Below are positions 12,781 to 26,546 of a stretch of DNA of 64,000 bases, piece by piece. This DNA is from Octopus bimaculoides (lineage: Eukaryota). The stretch's first letter is position 1, and each line of letters starts with the position of its first letter. A program made the translations under genes and the position numbers. The stretch is taken from contig NC_069003.1 in the NCBI RefSeq assembly GCF_001194135.2, positions 16,752,999-16,816,998 of the forward strand. The letters run 5' to 3'. The notes beneath the pieces are model-generated. The model had not been told where the DNA came from, did no database searches, and saw nothing but the letters and a program-made list of their open reading frames with translations.

Positions 12781-13577
12781 AGGTAAGAGACATTGCTCGT
12801 TGTTTAATCTAGAATTATATTTTATATTATTCTCTAAGGGTAAGTTGATAAATAAACTAACACATAATGCTCTCAGATGTACCCATTATCCGAAACACAC
12901 GTTTCTCTGGTTTAAATGAGTTATAAATTTCAGTATGATCGGGTATTATAGTATATTATAGTATAATATTAGGTATTAAGGCAGGCCATATCAATGTATA
13001 ATTTACCAATAGCAATTGTAATTGTATTTGTGATTATTTGTTAATCTAGAGATAATATAATATAGATTTCCATTGTAATATGTGATTGTTTATAATTAAT
13101 TAATAATATTATGAGGGGTTTTCTCCCTTTGACGGACCTTTATTTAAGGAGGAATTTATTTAAGGAGAAATTTGAATATGAACCAGACGTAGAGACGATG
13201 TTTTTGGTGTTTACTTTTTGCTATTTACCTTTTACCCTGAAGATGTGTAAGGTAATTTATCTATTTAACTTGAATTTGACAGTTAAATATAGCCTTATAC
13301 AGAAAAGTTGACATAGTTATAAACTTCAATAATAATGGATATTAGCGTCAAAACTCTCATTTAAATTTTTGATATATATATATAATTTAGAGAAGAACCA
13401 CTAATATGCAATTCAAACAATGAAGGAGACCAATCACCATTTAGAAAAGCGTACTCTACAAAATGCTAATTCAAAAATCTATAAAACCTAAAAGAAAAGT
13501 ATAAAATCCATAAAAATCTATAAATTACTAGACTAAAAATTTAATTCAATTTAGTAAATTGATGAAATAGAAGGTAA

Positions 13578-13617
13578 AGTGTTGACTACGCGTGTTTCGT
13601 GGCCACATTATAGCAGA
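13578..13617 (-). ncRNA. Degenerate PLE-type hammerhead relic
   Basis: Minus strand CTGCTATAAT GTGGCCAC GAAAC ACGCGT A GTC: palindromic stem II and III loops and a GUC site, but the CUGANGA core is decayed. Confidence 0.35.
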
Positions 13618-14122
13618 AAAAACCAGTACACTTCACAATAAATTGATCAAGATTATATTCTACTCAAAATACAGTCACTTATCAGGTTTCTGAAAAAAAT
13701 AAGAATTCAAATAACGTATCTTACTAAATAAATAATAAAAATATCAGTACTTGTAGGAAAGCTATCGTAAGTACAATAAATGAAATGTAAACACTTAATA
13801 CTAATAATTCAAGTTACAGGTATGATTCATCTAAAATAATATCTGTGGACTAATGGTAAACCTATCTATGAACAGAAATGCATATAAAAAGATAGTGTTA
13901 TTAAATAAATAAATTCGAATGTTAAACAATATTAGTAAAATAAACGGTATCACTTATCTTATCGACGATCTCTTGTGAACTCTGATTTTAACCTTAATGC
14001 GTAGAATTTATATGAAGTATGTCACGTGACAATATTATATACATATATTATTTATTATAAAATTCAATTTGGTATTACTAAATTGAATATTCCTGCATGT
14101 TTGGAATTTTACATTCTCTAAT

Positions 14123-14165
<43 letters not shown>

Positions 14166-15591
14166 NNNNNNNNNNNNNNNNNNNNNNNNNNNNNNNNNNN
14201 NNNNNNNNNNNNNNNNNNNNNNNNNNNNNNNNNNNNNNNNNNNNNNNNNNNNNNNNNNNNNNNNNNNNNNNNNNNNNNNNNNNNNNNNNNNNNNNNNNNN
14301 NNNNNNNNNNNNNNNNNNNNNNNNNNNNNNNNNNNNNNNNNNNNNNNNNNNNNNNNNNNNNNNNNNNNNNNNNNNNNNNNNNNNNNNNNNNNNNNNNNNN
14401 NNNNNNNNNNNNNNNNNNNNNNNNNNNNNNNNNNNNNNNNNNNNNNNNNNNNNNNNNNNNNNNNNNNNNNNNNNNNNNNNNNNNNNNNNNNNNNNNNNNN
14501 NNNNNNNNNNNNNNNNNNNNNNNNNNNNNNNNNNNNNNNNNNNNNNNNNNNNNNNNNNNNNNNNNNNNNNNNNNNNNNNNNNNNNNNNNNNNNNNNNNNN
14601 NNNNNNNNNNNNNNNNNNNNNNNNNNNNNNNNNNNNNNNNNNNNNNNNNNNNNNNNNNNNNNNNNNNNNNNNNNNNNNNNNNNNNNNNNNNNNNNNNNNN
14701 NNNNNNNNNNNNNNNNNNNNNNNAAAAACGGAATAGAGGGCATTAAAACATTCGGACAGATAGACAACACAAAGGTGGACAAGAGAAACAACAATTAGAG
14801 GGACAGGCAAAAAAAGATGGGTCATTCTTGACTTTCTTTCATCAGTCAAGTACCAGAAGTCACGACCATTTTGGACCGTTACACTCGAGATGGTTCGATC
14901 TGGTTGTTCCCAAAAACGTCTAAGCTAAGAGCATGAGACCCCTTTGTAAGAAAGCTAGCGAATGTGTATGGCAACAAAGACAAAAAACAAACAAACAAAA
15001 AAAACGGAGAACATGGTACACAATTATGAATACAACAAGAAATAACAACAGGCATCTTTCGACTGAGAATGATTCAAATTGAGCTGGCGTGTATGAAGTG
15101 AAAGCCATGGGAGATGGACACAAAACGTGTTGACAGTTTATACATATATATATAAGTATATAGGAATTAGGGGTTAGACAACCATCTAAGGGATAATAAA
15201 TATCCAATATACTACTGGAAGGATACTTATTTATATTCAAAGACTTACTATTGCAAGGCAATTGTACAATTGAATAATAGGTACAAGTGGAGGTAAACAA
15301 AAGTTTATCCAGAATTTATATAAGGCAAGGAAGAAAATAGAGAAGAGATTCAACTGATAAATATCAGTAAGATTTATTTACTATAATCATAGGAATAAAT
15401 GAATACAACTCCACTCTTATAGCTGTTTCTACTTTGTTGATCCAGTATGCTACAGTTCACATATCATCCAAAAATTGAACTCCAAAGCTTCATCAGAGAG
15501 TCAGTAAGTCCATAATAGTAAGGATACAAAGTAAAAAGTAAAGACCAAGGCTATATTCAGAAGTTGTGAGATCACATATTATTGCATTCAT

Positions 15592-15993
15592 CATCATCAT
15601 CATCGTCGTTTAACGTCCACTTTCCATGCTAGCATGGGTTGGACGATTTGACTGAGGACTGGTGAAACCAGATGGCTACACCAGGCTCCAATCTGATTTG
15701 GTAGAGTTTCTACGGCTGGATGCCCTTCCTAACGCCAACCACTCAGAGAGTGTAGTGGGTGCTTTTACGTGTCACCCGCACGAAGGCCAGTCAGGCGGTA
15801 CTGGCAATGGCCACACTCAAGATGTTGTATTTCATGTACCACCTGCACAAGAGCCAGTCTAGGGGCACTGGCAACGATCTCGCTCGAAACTCCTACAAAG
15901 GCCAGTCAGGCGGTACTGGCAGCGGCCACGCTCAAAATGGTGTATTTTATGTGTCACCCGCTCAAGAGCCAGTCCAGGGGCACTGGCAATGAT
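15592..15993 (-). mobile_element. RTE 3'-end / RTE-tailed SINE copy with ~116-bp internal tandem units
   Basis: (CAT)n-gtttaacgtccactttccatgc...ggatgcccttcctaacgccaacc; two ~116-bp units run into a 1-kb gap. Confidence 0.85.
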
Positions 15994-17335
15994 NNNNNNN
16001 NNNNNNNNNNNNNNNNNNNNNNNNNNNNNNNNNNNNNNNNNNNNNNNNNNNNNNNNNNNNNNNNNNNNNNNNNNNNNNNNNNNNNNNNNNNNNNNNNNNN
16101 NNNNNNNNNNNNNNNNNNNNNNNNNNNNNNNNNNNNNNNNNNNNNNNNNNNNNNNNNNNNNNNNNNNNNNNNNNNNNNNNNNNNNNNNNNNNNNNNNNNN
16201 NNNNNNNNNNNNNNNNNNNNNNNNNNNNNNNNNNNNNNNNNNNNNNNNNNNNNNNNNNNNNNNNNNNNNNNNNNNNNNNNNNNNNNNNNNNNNNNNNNNN
16301 NNNNNNNNNNNNNNNNNNNNNNNNNNNNNNNNNNNNNNNNNNNNNNNNNNNNNNNNNNNNNNNNNNNNNNNNNNNNNNNNNNNNNNNNNNNNNNNNNNNN
16401 NNNNNNNNNNNNNNNNNNNNNNNNNNNNNNNNNNNNNNNNNNNNNNNNNNNNNNNNNNNNNNNNNNNNNNNNNNNNNNNNNNNNNNNNNNNNNNNNNNNN
16501 NNNNNNNNNNNNNNNNNNNNNNNNNNNNNNNNNNNNNNNNNNNNNNNNNNNNNNNNNNNNNNNNNNNNNNNNNNNNNNNNNNNNNNNNNNNNNNNNNNNN
16601 NNNNNNNNNNNNNNNNNNNNNNNNNNNNNNNNNNNNNNNNNNNNNNNNNNNNNNNNNNNNNNNNNNNNNNNNNNNNNNNNNNNNNNNNNNNNNNNNNNNN
16701 NNNNNNNNNNNNNNNNNNNNNNNNNNNNNNNNNNNNNNNNNNNNNNNNNNNNNNNNNNNNNNNNNNNNNNNNNNNNNNNNNNNNNNNNNNNNNNNNNNNN
16801 NNNNNNNNNNNNNNNNNNNNNNNNNNNNNNNNNNNNNNNNNNNNNNNNNNNNNNNNNNNNNNNNNNNNNNNNNNNNNNNNNNNNNNNNNNNNNNNNNNNN
16901 NNNNNNNNNNNNNNNNNNNNNNNNNNNNNNNNNNNNNNNNNNNNNNNNNNNNNNNNNNNNNNNNNNNNNNNNNCCATGTAGATATTTTTTAAAAGACTTC
17001 AGGGAGACTACCTTCATGAAATGTCGTGGTCTAATCGGTTTATGGCTGGCCATATGTGTGTGTGTGTGTTTGTGTTTTGGGGAAGGAATTATTTTTATGT
17101 TAAAAATATTTTTATTGAATTGAATGGTAGATTACTTTTCTATTGAAAATATAGTTGGCTGTATGTATACGTTCTGTTAAATGAATTTTAACAATTTTAT
17201 TGAAGGGGTTTGTGTGGAATTACTTTTCATTTACTTTGTGGTGTGAGTAAATGAAAAATAATTCCTTTAAAACCTCTTCAATAAAATTGTTGACCACCTT
17301 TAAAATTTATTTAACATAAATGTATTCAGATAAAA

Positions 17336-17585
17336 GGAGGTGCATGGCTTAGTGGTTAGGGTGTTGGACTCATGATCGTAAGTTTGTGGTTTTGATGCCT
17401 GGACTGGTTGATGCATTGTGTTCTTGAACAAAACACTTCGTTTCATATTGCTCCAGTCCACTCAGCTGGCAAAAATGAATAATCCTGTGATGGATCGATG
17501 TCCTGTCCAGGTGGAGAATATATACGCCACTGAAACTAGGAAATTGGCCCTTATGATCCTGGCATGACTTGAGAAGGAAACATTC
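17336..17585 (+). mobile_element. tRNA-headed SINE
   Basis: Box A-like tggcttagtgg, decayed box B, CORE-like ttgtgttcttgaacaaaacactt central segment. Confidence 0.75.
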
Positions 17586-17639
17586 ATTTTTTATTTATAC
17601 AGATAAAAGAGTGATATATTAGACACACATATTTATATA

Positions 17640-18285
17640 TTAGAAGCAACTCAAGGTACATAAACAAAATCACACAAGGTATGTATGTTGTTCGTGGGTC
17701 AGCTGCAGTTTTTAGGCATAAGAGAATATATTCTCTCTGTGCCTAGAATAAACAAAACACCTGAAAGTAAGTTACAATCAAGTGAGACATCTCACATCAG
17801 GTCCTTCTCAGAATGACAGACATTGATGTTTCCTCATTGCTTTGACTTATTAATGCTACATAAGAAAAAAGTTCCATTGCAAGCCATATCGCTGACTATG
17901 ACTATATGTTAAACGGTTTAAAAACCATCTATCTGCTGGCATGCAGATAGCAACGTTTCATGCTATGGAAAACATTCAAATATGAATTAGAAGCAGCTCA
18001 ATGTAAATAAACAAAATTGAACACACATACATAAGGTATGTGTGTTGTTATTTTGTGGGTTAGTTGCTTTTTTAGGTATATAAGAGAATATATTCTGCAT
18101 GTGTCTGGTGTAAGCAAAAACACTTGAAAGTAAATCACAGTCAAACAAGACAACTCACATCAGGTCTTTTTTGGAATGACAACCGTTGATACTTCGTAAT
18201 CAGATGGTGTTTAAACCATTTAGCATATAGTCATAGTTGGTGATATGGCTGGCAGCAGGCCTTATTCACTATGCAGCATTTGTTT
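17640..18285. repeat. Old local duplication: direct ~190-bp pair plus inverted ~80-bp pair
   Basis: 17640-17830 resembles 17988-18190 (direct); 17851-17930 is the reverse complement of 18202-18282. Confidence 0.75.
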
Positions 18286-18430
18286 GACTGTGATTTAGCT
18301 TGTAAAATTCTGTAATTCCTATTAGTAAATTAAACATGTGTAATGATGAATAAATAATATCAATAAATTTTCTAACTTCTTGTTTTGTTATACAATAACT
18401 CTGCAAATAATATTTCCAGAAATACTCATC

Positions 18431-18490
18431 CAATATGTAGTTTCTGTTGTTGCTGTATACCTATACAGCAACAACAGAAACTACATATTG
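18431..18490. repeat. Perfect 29-bp inverted repeat with 2-nt spacer
   Basis: CAATATGTAGTTTCTGTTGTTGCTGTATA cc TATACAGCAACAACAGAAACTACATATTG. Confidence 0.95.
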
Positions 18491-18574
18491 AAGTGTAATA
18501 ATGGAACCAGCAGATGTGCTTCAAGAGGAAACAGCTGGGATTTTACCCCACATACCTACATAATACATACATAC

Positions 18575-18658
<84 letters not shown>

Positions 18659-18741
18659 GTCTTGAAGAAATTGGAGTTAACAAAACAGAAAATGAGAACA
18701 ACAAACTGGATGTATTAATTTGTTGCTCAGGAAAATAGAAG

Positions 18742-18778
18742 TCTTGACGTTTTGAGCCTACACTATTCTACAGAAAGA
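18742..18778 (-). ncRNA. Second copy of variant hammerhead-like motif
   Basis: Minus strand TCTTT CTGTAGA A TAGT GTAG GCTC AAAA CG TC AAGA; keeps the GUC site; same flanking repeat as 8378-8560. Confidence 0.45.
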
Positions 18779-18820
18779 AACAAAGAGAGAAAAACATGTC
18801 TGAATTAATTAATATATATG

Positions 18821-18854
<34 letters not shown>

Positions 18855-19194
18855 CATCCGTCTTCTATGCATGTATGGGTAGGGCAGTTGACAAGAGCTG
18901 GCCAGGTAGAAGACTACCCCAGGCTAGTGTGTCAGGCATTGCCAAGAAGGTGCAAATAGGGAGTGGGGATTGCAGTGACTGGCGAAAACCTGGGTATAAA
19001 GAAGTGGGGAAAAGCAGTGATACAGTGAGCAGGGCAGGGAAGAGGACTGGAAGACAATCGTAGTTTATAAAGAGAAAATGTGAGGAAGAGAAAGTTACAG
19101 TTTAGAAGAGGAGATGTAGTTCGTTTTTTTGGCGTAGGGTGTATGAAAAGTTTATTGTTACATGTGGATGGGGCACAATACTTCTAGCACTCAG

Positions 19195-19440
19195 TTTTGC
19201 TCTAGAACCTCATCACCAAACATCTCAGTCCATTGTTATTTCCTCTGTGAGCCCTAAGATCAGTCCTCACCACTTCATTCCATGCCTTCCTGAGTCCCCC
19301 TCTTCCACAGGTACCATCCACTCTCAGTGATAGGCACTTTTCTATACAGCTGTCTTTACTCACACACATCACATGTCCAAACCAACACATTCTCCTCTCC
19401 AGCATGCCACATTTAACCCCTCTTATGCCTAACTGTTGCA
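19195..19440 (-). mobile_element. RTE LINE C-terminal fragment
   Basis: GIRGVKCGMLERRMCWFGHVM...GTCGRGGLRKAWNEVV. Confidence 0.85.
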
Positions 19441-19461
19441 TGTATGTATGTATGTGTAAAG

Positions 19462-19680
19462 AGATGTGCTGGCAGAATCATTAGCACATCAGACAAAATG
19501 CTAAGTGGCATTTCTTCTAACTCATTATGTTCTCAGTTCAAATTTTCCCAAGATCAGCTTTGCCTTTTCGTTCTTTCGGTGGTGGGGTGGGAATGATAAG
19601 ATAAATGCCAGGTGATCAATGGGGCTGATATAATTGAGTACTCCCCTTTCCTGCCAAAAATTTCAGGCTGTGTACCTGAA
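19462..19680 (+). mobile_element. Decayed SINE (family of 35431-35644)
   Basis: gctggcagaatcattagcac...gttcaaatt...ctttgcctttt. Confidence 0.7.
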
Positions 19681-19696
19681 TAACATGTATAAATGT

Positions 19697-19740
<44 letters not shown>

Positions 19741-20220
19741 GTGTGTGCGTGTGTTGTTCAGGCATCCACACTGAATTAACTGGTCACTGATAACAAGTTA
19801 TTTGAAGTACTTCAGGATTGCCATGTCTCTGTACATGCATACACACACATGCTTGAACACACACTGGTATATGAAAATGCACACACATACACAAATACAC
19901 ACACATACATACAGACATATACTCATATGCACACATATACCTGCATGCTCAGACACACACATGCGTGCACACATAATACACACACACACATCTACATATG
20001 TACATACACATACACACATACATATGCATGTATTCTTTATATAAGTATGTATGCTTGACAGGTTCAGAGGGGTTTACTTTTAGTTCCTCTGTCCCCCTCT
20101 ATTCCCCCACCTTCATTATGACCCACTTGACCCCTTGCTATCTTAAAAGAGAAAGGACACATTAGATGATATAGTCCTAATAATACTATTATATGTATTA
20201 TATATGTATATATATTATCA

Positions 20221-20256
<36 letters not shown>

Positions 20257-21184
20257 NNNNNNNNNNNNNNNNNNNNNNNNNNNNNNNNNNNNNNNNNNNN
20301 NNNNNNNNNNNNNNNNNNNNNNNNNNNNNNNNNNNNNNNNNNNNNNNNNNNNNNNNNNNNNNNNNNNNNNNNNNNNNNNNNNNNNNNNNNNNNNNNNNNN
20401 NNNNNNNNNNNNNNNNNNNNNNNNNNNNNNNNNNNNNNNNNNNNNNNNNNNNNNNNNNNNNNNNNNNNNNNNNNNNNNNNNNNNNNNNNNNNNNNNNNNN
20501 NNNNNNNNNNNNNNNNNNNNNNNNNNNNNNNNNNNNNNNNNNNNNNNNNNNNNNNNNNNNNNNNNNNNNNNNNNNNNNNNNNNNNNNNNNNNNNNNNNNN
20601 NNNNNNNNNNNNNTGTGTCTGGATAGGAGGTATGATGAGTATAACAGCTGGAATGTTTTTTCTCTTATAGAGCTACTGGACTAGGGCTGGCCAGAGGTCA
20701 AACAACAACAACAACAGTCACAACAATCACTATTCTCACCATTATCATCCTCATAATCAGTCTATTGATTATGACAGCAATAACAACAACAGCAGCAGCA
20801 GCACCACCACCACCACCACTACCACCACCAATACTACTGTCACAACCACTAACATCACCACTATAATTTTCATCACTACCACCATTGCTACCAAACTTAT
20901 AAGAAGACTAAGACAAACCTATATTTTCATGAGTGATTCTACAAGATGCAGGTAATTTCCTATTAATTCTTTTTTTTTTTCTCAAAGGGTTTTCAACCCA
21001 ATATTTGCATGCTATTATTTATAGCTTTATGTGCTCCAAGATCCATTGCTTCAAAAAAGAATTATTCCATGTCCTCTTGAAAGTTTATAAATTCTTTTGA
21101 CATCAAATTTCTGATTATTTTTTCTTAATGACTATGTTATAAGTGAAAATCCCAACAAGGATCCATTTAATGACATTCCTGTTA

Positions 21185-21410
21185 TATAGAGGGATTAGAT
21201 TTAATTAAACACCAGTAAAATACTGGCACAGATTCCATTAAGTTCCAGTTAAATACTGGATAGATTTAATTACATAGTAATTAAATATTGGTATAGATTT
21301 TATTAGATACCAGTTAAATACTTAGCAAAAATTAATTAACTACTAGGTAAATACTGGTATAGATTTGATTAGATACCAGCTAATAACTAGGGTAGATTTA
21401 ATTAGGTTGT
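21185..21410. repeat. Degenerate ~33-bp minisatellite
   Basis: About 7 diverged units of tagatttaattagataccagttaaatactggta. Confidence 0.7.
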
Positions 21411-23194
21411 TTCCAATATTATTAACACACGAACTGGTTCAATTCCACTCCATTTTTATTAGTCAATTGCTTAAGTATTCAACTAACTAATCAATTATTT
21501 GTTTAATTTGGTTAAACAGTAAGTCATTTGTTTTGTTTTTGTTTGTCAAAACACTTTCATTGCTACTTGTAACCTTTTCAATGACTTTTGACTTAGTCTG
21601 TAATGGAGGTCGTGTTTATCTGCTTGAGATCTTGTTGTGTGAGTTTGTGTGTGTGTGTGCTAGTGTGCACATGTGCTTATGTATGTATGGTTGTATGTAT
21701 ATATTTAAGTATGTATGTATGCATGCATGTAGGTATGTAAGTATGTATGTATGCATGCATCTATATGGTATGTATTCTGTGTATTTTTGTGTCTGCGTGT
21801 GTGCATGCTTGTATATTTGTGTAGGAAGGATTATTATTATTATTACCACTAGCTCGTTGTCGTCGTCATCATCTTGACTGTTTCTTTTATTTAAATATTT
21901 TTTCATTGGTTTCAGTCAGTGAACTGTGGCCATGCTGGAGTACCACCTTCAAAAGATTTTATTCAATTATATATCAACTCCAATATTTAGTCTGATATCT
22001 GTTTCATTGATCTGGCCCTGTCTGCAGCACATGCCACCATAACACCACATTACATTTGGCTGGAACCTCACACCAGCCACAAATTTAATCAGTAGCCTTC
22101 AACAGACTGTCTCATTTATAGAAACTTTCAGGTTTTCCTCTATGTTATACATCTCTATCTCCTCTTCCCTTCTACCATATGTGTTAGCTACAACTTCTTT
22201 GAATCTATAACCAGTCAAACACTCAACTCCTGTGTTTTTCTTCCTTATATTGTCATTTATCTCTGAGTTCTGCCTCCAAAGTTACCAATCACTAATCTAT
22301 ATTATGTCCTATATCCTTCATCAATGAAAATTTGGCATTTACAACCATCTCCCTATTCCATTTTCACCTGAGAATAAAGTCTAATTGACCTATGTGTTCA
22401 TGTGATTGGTAGGTGATCACATCCTGGGTATGACTTTAAACTGCTCTCAGTAGTATGGCCCTAGTTTGGGAGCTCCAGGCTTTTGAGAAGAGTGGAACCA
22501 TCTCATAGATACTATTATTCTTAGGTCTACTCTAACCCAGAGTTGTAACACCTGTCAAGGTCACATCAATGGTTTAATTAGCATATCAGGGCTTGCCTAC
22601 TATGCATGCAGAGATTTGATCTAGTGGACTCTGCAGAAGCAACTTTCATGGTTCAGTGGAGGGAAGGGCTGCTGTAGCAGCACATTAATGAAGTGCAGAG
22701 AGCAAGATGAGACAAAGTAAGACATTTTGGTCATCCACTGCATCCATCTCTATCCCAGTCATCTTGACGTAGTCTTGCCACTGGACTGAAGATGGTAATG
22801 ACAACAGTTTACAACTCTTCACTTTAAACAAAGTTACTACATAAGCCATCAGTCATTCTTATGATGACTAGATGATCCTCACCACTCCAACAGACAAACA
22901 TAGGGGAGGTGATCAGGTAGCAGCTAGTTTCTTGAAGTTCATTTTGCAGATAGTATTACAGAATTTCAGGATCCTTGACATTCCTTCATTCTTTGTATCA
23001 TGTCTATAGCCTCTCTGTACATCAGAGAAGCCACACTAGTACTTACATTAAAATTGCATGCGATAGTAAGGAGGTTACTATCATTTGCTTTTGAGCTATT
23101 CTGCAAAACGGTCTCACAGAAGTAGTCCTTTTCTTCATTTGTTTAACTTGGTTGTAATGTTGCTGTTGTTTTGTTAAGCTACATACATACATTT

Positions 23195-24660
23195 GTACAT
23201 ACGTATCACTAAAGAACATAACAATTGAATAAAGAAAATTTGGACCTCAGAACTCTCTGAAGTCAATAAACCAGTGACCTACAGTGTGTTTGCAGTGCCA
23301 GTACTCATACCACCATTTGGGCTGCTTGATTGATATCTGAGCCATTGATCTGGAAATCTAGAAAATACTAACAAGCACACATAATTTCCACATAAAGAGT
23401 GACAGAGATTGCCTTTACCTAAAATGAAAACAAGGCAGCAGTGGCTTAACCTCGATCCAAAATGCCTTTGAGTATCATATCATATCCCTTCAGCAACATC
23501 TTTTAACCACCAAGTGCATCCCTTGATCAAGTTTGCATAAAAGAGGCTAATAACATCATAAGACTTGGAAGGCAGCTCTTTGAGCAGCTTTTCTTATCTG
23601 ATAACCTTAAATAAATGCCCAAAGAAGTCACACAACTCTACTGCAACATATCATCAGATGAAAGGATGAGCATATATGAGCAGAAGAACATGTTAGTAGA
23701 AAGCTCTGAGATGATAGTAACATTGATTATCAAAGCAGTCTATCATGGACCAATAACCAAATTACTGCCTCCCACTTTGAAGGGTATATGTTTGCAATCC
23801 AAGAACAGGAAATATCAACCAAATACCTGATGCACAAAAGAGACAGAGATGCAGGAAAAGCAGTAAAATGTGACAACCAGTGCTGACATTGTGGAGTTAA
23901 CACTGAAGATATCACCCACATAAGCAGGTGTCTGAAAAAATGTCATCACAGTATTATCTACTGATGAGACATGATATTGTAGCTAGGACACAATATAAAG
24001 AAATCTGTCGGAAGGATAACCCCAAGGACAGAGAAATAAGAACCCACAGTATGGTAGAAGCCAAAGCCACTCATAATAAAAAGGTGTACTGGTGGAATGT
24101 CCCAGTGAAAATCTCAATAAAATGTAAGCACAACAGACCTGATATAATGATTTGGAATGGAGAAGAGAAACTGTATCCAGTTGTCGAAATTAGCTGCTCA
24201 GTGGATGTTAATATAAAGTTGAAGATCAGTGAAAAGGAGAATACCTATGCTGAATTATTGAGAAATCTGCAGTTACTCTATCCAGATTACACGTTCAGGT
24301 TTATACCTATAATTATTGGGGCCCTGAGATATGTAACACATTGCCTAAATACCAATATTGAGAAATTATGCTTTTCAAAGCCAGAAAGGAGAAAGCTGAT
24401 TCAAAGACTACAGATCCAACCAACCTCTGAAACTGCAAAAACCTGTAAAACTTTCCAGAAGTTTATCATGTCTAGAGATACAAGTATATGCATGAGAAGA
24501 CACATAAAACAAAACATACAAATTTTCACACATATATATATATATGCATACAAAAATACCCTGTTGTTGATGTTGAAATTCGAATGAAGGAGCCTTGGAT
24601 CTAGGTTAGAAACCGGCTCTTTCTTGGATGGCAAGAAATCTTGAAATAAAACTGAATAAG
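23195..24660 (+). mobile_element. R4/Dong-like non-LTR element 3' half, copy 1 (restriction-like endonuclease)
   Basis: CCHC region (CDNQC...EDITHI), RHDIVA, YWWNVPVK...HNRPDI...VEISC, IPIIIGAL; stops and frameshifts. Confidence 0.85.
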
Positions 24661-24714
24661 GACATGCACACACACACACACACACACACACTGTTTCTTT
24701 GTGGATCACTTAAA

Positions 24715-26395
24715 ACTATATGCCAAGAAATTGCATGAGATGAAAAATAGCCTTTATCTGGTTAAACATTCTCTAAGAATAAATGTTGCTATGCGGTTGT
24801 GAAAAGAGGGAAAACTGTAAACCAAACTAGCAGCATTTCTATCAATGACTTAACTGTTTCCCCTATGTCTAATGAGGAATGTTACAGGCACCTAGGGATG
24901 GATGAAAGCATATCTTATGATGACACCTGTAACAAGAAACTTGTCACTAAAGAATATGATGGTTGAATAAAGAAAATATGGGCCTCAGAATTTTCTGCAT
25001 TCAATAAAACTGGCCTACAGTGTGTTTGCAGTGCCAGTACTCATACCAACATTCAGACTACTTGGTTGGCTGCTTGATGGGAATCTGAGCCATTGATGTA
25101 AAAACCCAGAAAATACTAACCAGCACACATAATTTCCACATCAACAGTGGACTGTCTTTACCTAAAATGAAAATAAGGCAGCAGAGAGGCCTTTGATCCA
25201 GACTGCCTTTGAATGTCATATCATATCTCTTTGACATCTTTTAATCACCAAATGTTGAAGTGCATCCCTTGACCAAGTTTGCAAACATAAGGCTGATAAC
25301 ATCAGGAGACTTGAGGAGCATCCCTTATCTGATAATCTTAAATATATGCCCAAAGAAGTCACGTACTCTACTGCAACATATCATCAGATGAAAGGATGAG
25401 CATATATCAGCAGAGGGTCATGATGGAGATGATAGCAGGAATGTTGTGGGATGATAGTAACATTGATCATCAAAGCAGTCTATCATGCACCAACAACTGG
25501 GTTACTAACTCCCATTTTGTAGGGTATGAGTTTGCAATCCAGGAACAAGAAATATCAACCAAATACCTGATGCACAAAAAGAACAGTGATGCAGGAAAAG
25601 CAGTAAAATGTGACAACCAATGCAGATTTTGTGGAGTTAACACTGAAGATATCACCCACATCATAAGTAGTTGTCTGAAAAAATGTCATTACAGTATTAT
25701 CTACCAATGAGGATTTTGTAGCTAAGACAATGTATAATGAGATCTGTCAAAAGGATAACTCTGAAGCCAAAGAAATAAGAACCCACAGTATGGTAGAAGC
25801 CATAGCTACTCAAAATAAAAAGGAGTACTGGTGGAATGTCCCAGTGAAAGTGTCAATAAAATGTAAACATAACAGACCAGGCATAGTGATGGAAAAGAAA
25901 AGCTCTATACATACAGTTGTGGAAATCAGCTGCTTGGCAGATGTTAACATAAATCTAAAAATCAGCAAAAATGAAAATACCTATGCTGAACTATTGAGAA
26001 ATCTACAGTTACTCTACCCAGATTACAAATTCAGGTTTATACCTGTAATTATTGGGGCACTAGAATATGTAACACATTACCTAAGTACCAATCTTGAGAA
26101 ATTAGGCTTCTCAAAAACAGAAAGGGGAAAGCTGATTCGAAGACTACAGATCCAAGCCATCACTGGAACTGTAAAACTCTGTAAAACTTTGTATGTCTAG
26201 ACATGCAACTATATGCATGAGAATACATACATAAAACAAAATATAAAAATCTGCACATACACTGACTCCAAATACTGCACATATACAAAAATACCCTGTT
26301 GATGTTGAAATTCCAATGGAGTCTTGGATCTAGGTTAGAAACCCACTCTTTCTCAATAGGCAAGAAATCTCGAAATAAAACTGAACAATGAGATA
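24715..26395 (+). mobile_element. R4/Dong-like non-LTR element 3' half, copy 2
   Basis: Starts at RT motif 7 (YRHLGMDE); CRFCGVNTEDITHIISSC; YWWNVPVK...HNRP; same 3' end as copy 1 (gaaataaaactgaa). Confidence 0.85.
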
Positions 26396-26509
26396 CATAA
26401 ATACATGCATACATATGCATCTGTATAAACATATATACATACCATACAAACATGCATACATACATACATACATACACACCTGCATGTATGTATGTGTCTC
26501 TCTCTCTTG

Positions 26510-26546
<37 letters not shown>

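Noticed and set aside
14020-14031. TGTCACGTGACA E-box palindrome
   Set aside because: Isolated motif in repeat-derived AT-rich sequence with no linked transcription unit.
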